A DNA stretch of 60,390 nucleotides from an uncultured Clostridia bacterium. GTDB taxonomy: Bacteria; Bacillota; Clostridia; TANB77; CAG-508. The DNA lies in contig CANRES010000003.1 in NCBI GenBank assembly GCA_947629625.1, positions 1-60,390 on the forward strand. Reading direction: 5' to 3'. The position numbers and the translations under genes are program-made. The notes below the pieces were generated by a model that ran no database searches, was not told the origin of the DNA, and saw nothing but the letters and a program-made list of their open reading frames with translations. Positions 58,717 through 60,390 of the stretch are shown here, one piece after another; position 1 is the first letter of the stretch; every line of letters begins with the position of its first letter.

Positions 58717-60156
58717 TTATATTTTATTTATATCAATAAATTTATGTATATTAATTTTATTTAAGACAAACCATAAAATAATCATTACTATAAAGAAAAG
58801 TGGTCCATGTACATATCCTTCACCAAACATAAAAAATACTGTACTTGCTAATTCAGCAGAAATTGTTAAGTTTATGGTTGATTTTATTGTTTTTTTATTT
58901 TGCCACATTATCAATGGCATTAGCCAAATTATATACCATATTTGAAAATTAGTAATTACAAAAAATAATAATATAAGTATCATTGTATAAGATATTCTTA
59001 AATTACCTATTAAACTTACTTTTCTTTTAACTAATTTCATTATTAATTCAGTTAAATAAATTAAGATAAATAAACCAGTAAATATAAATAATACTTTATT
59101 TGCTATTTTAGAATTAAATATTATATAAATAGTTAATAATAAAGATTTTGCATATTTACCTTGTTGTGTTATAATTCCTTGTAAAACTTGTACATCTCTT
59201 GTATATATTAAGTATATTCCAGCAAGTACAATTAAAAATATTAATGCTAATCCTATTGCTTTTAAAATTCTTTTTGGTATTTTTTCATTTCTATAATACC
59301 ATATAACTAAAAAAGGTACAATAAGTATTGCTACATATTTTACTGCTGTTGCTATACTTAATGCTATTATACTTAATACTATGTTCTTCTTTTTTATTGC
59401 CAAATATAGTGCTAATAATATAAAGAAAATTAACAAAATATCATTATGTACATTTGTAATACTTTCAAATAAAACTAATGGGTTTAATGCATATATTAAT
59501 GTTAGCATTTTTTTATTTGTTAATTTTTGTATCAATTTACAATTTAATAAATGTAAGCATATATTAAATATTTTAAATATAAATAATGCTAATGTTAAAT
59601 TTCCAAATGATAAACTTGCTAATGTTTTGCTAACAAATGTCCAAAATGGGCCATATACTATTTTTTGTGTTTCCCATACTTTTGGCATTTTTTCTAAAAT
59701 TTCATCTTCTTGGATATTATTATTTTGTTTTAATTCATATACAGATGTATAATATGGATTTATTCCATATTTTGCTTCACTCCATCCTGTTGCTATATAA
59801 TAAAATATATCAGTACTTGTCATTGGTAAGACTATTGCAAATAATGCTGATATTATTATTATATATCTAATTATTTCTTGTTTATTCTTAAATATTTTTT
59901 TACGTTCTTTTATTATTAAAATATATATAATACAAATTAATGACATTATTCCTAAAAATATAAAAGAATCTATTATTGCATAAGATATTGAAAAGTTATA
60001 GTTCATTATGTTATATCTATAATCTGATACTAAATTTATTAACTTATTTCCTGTTATTAAAAATATTATTGAAGGTATTGCTAATAATATAATTAAAACT
60101 ATAAACATTATTTTTATTGATTGTCCATTTTTTATTTCTATTTGTAGTTTTTTCAT
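58717..60156 (-). CDS. polytopic membrane protein, GT-C-like glycosyltransferase candidate
   Basis: 479 aa, many TM helices, loop with YGINPYY..VYGPFW. AAAGGAG RBS. Confidence 0.55.
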   Translation of the reverse strand: MKKLQIEIKNGQSIKIMFIVLIILLAIPSIIFLITGNKLINLVSDYRYNIMNYNFSISYAIIDSFIFLGIMSLICIIYILIIKERKKIFKNKQEIIRYIIIISALFAIVLPMTSTDIFYYIATGWSEAKYGINPYYTSVYELKQNNNIQEDEILEKMPKVWETQKIVYGPFWTFVSKTLASLSFGNLTLALFIFKIFNICLHLLNCKLIQKLTNKKMLTLIYALNPLVLFESITNVHNDILLIFFILLALYLAIKKKNIVLSIIALSIATAVKYVAILIVPFLVIWYYRNEKIPKRILKAIGLALIFLIVLAGIYLIYTRDVQVLQGIITQQGKYAKSLLLTIYIIFNSKIANKVLFIFTGLFILIYLTELIMKLVKRKVSLIGNLRISYTMILILLFFVITNFQIWYIIWLMPLIMWQNKKTIKSTINLTISAELASTVFFMFGEGYVHGPLFFIVMIILWFVLNKINIHKFIDINKI

Positions 60157-60390
60157 AGGTTACTCCTTTTAATTTTTTAATAAAAATATCATTTGTAAGT
60201 GTCTCATAAACTCTTTTTTTATATAACTCTATTTCTTTTTGAGTATATCCATTTTTTTTCATGTTTTCGTTATGCAGTTTATATCCTATTTTTTATTGTG
60301 TGGTAAATACCTATCTTCCTCTCAACTCCTCGTATCTAACCATTTAAATTCGCGTACCCTGTCGTTCTTCATTAAAACAGTTATAATATC
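60157..60390 (-). other. long upstream region with a GC-enriched segment (leader or element, cut by the window edge)
   Basis: The minus strand at 60290-60370 reads GAAGAACGACAGGGTACGCGAATTTAAATGGTTAGATACGAGGAGTTGAGAGGAAGATAGG, well above local GC. Confidence 0.3.

Noticed and set aside
60044-60262. 72-aa ORF upstream of the GT-C-like membrane protein gene.
   Set aside because: It has no SD. It overlaps the next gene by 113 nt in another frame and runs straight through that gene's AAAGGAG RBS and start. It is probably spurious, and the region is better read as a leader.

Overview
Very AT-rich (about three quarters A+T by eye) chromosomal segment from an endospore-forming, Clostridia-like Firmicute. 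Most of the window is housekeeping and sporulation genes: asnB, recJ, relA, spoIIP, rpsO-pnp, cmk-plsC, typA, trmR plus a U32 peptidase, sigK, prfB, yabP-yabQ-divIC, rho, spoIIID, a xer-type recombinase, abrB, yqeK, galE and polA. I saw no rRNA, tRNA, CRISPR array or transposase. The main finding is a seven-gene cohesin-dockerin locus at 25.4-34.8 kb. It encodes two Cwp84-like C1 cysteine peptidases and one GH5 glycanase that carry atypical dockerins. It also encodes three single-cohesin proteins, each with a different anchor (IPQTG sortase signal, a TM helix, LPKTG sortase signal). Two of its promoters are preceded by ATTACA repeats phased at 11 bp. Other notable items: (1) a GC-enriched transcription unit at 34.8-35.15 kb, with its own promoter and terminator, that folds like a structured RNA; (2) a repeated intergenic element, present as a full ~138-nt hairpin at 23.9 kb and a half copy at 14.7 kb; (3) a 950-bp gene-free stretch after rho that contains iteron-like and inverted repeats; (4) a probable accessory segment at 41.7-48.7 kb with a class II Fic protein and a fused methyltransferase-nuclease, both driven by nearly identical promoters; (5) a consensus promoter with a LexA box in front of a yneA-like LysM gene; (6) three single-C insertions directly before GG that break the MBL hydrolase, prfB (C-terminus) and polA reading frames, separate from the canonical programmed +1 frameshift in prfB. 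All family assignments come from motifs recognised by eye; no searches were run.
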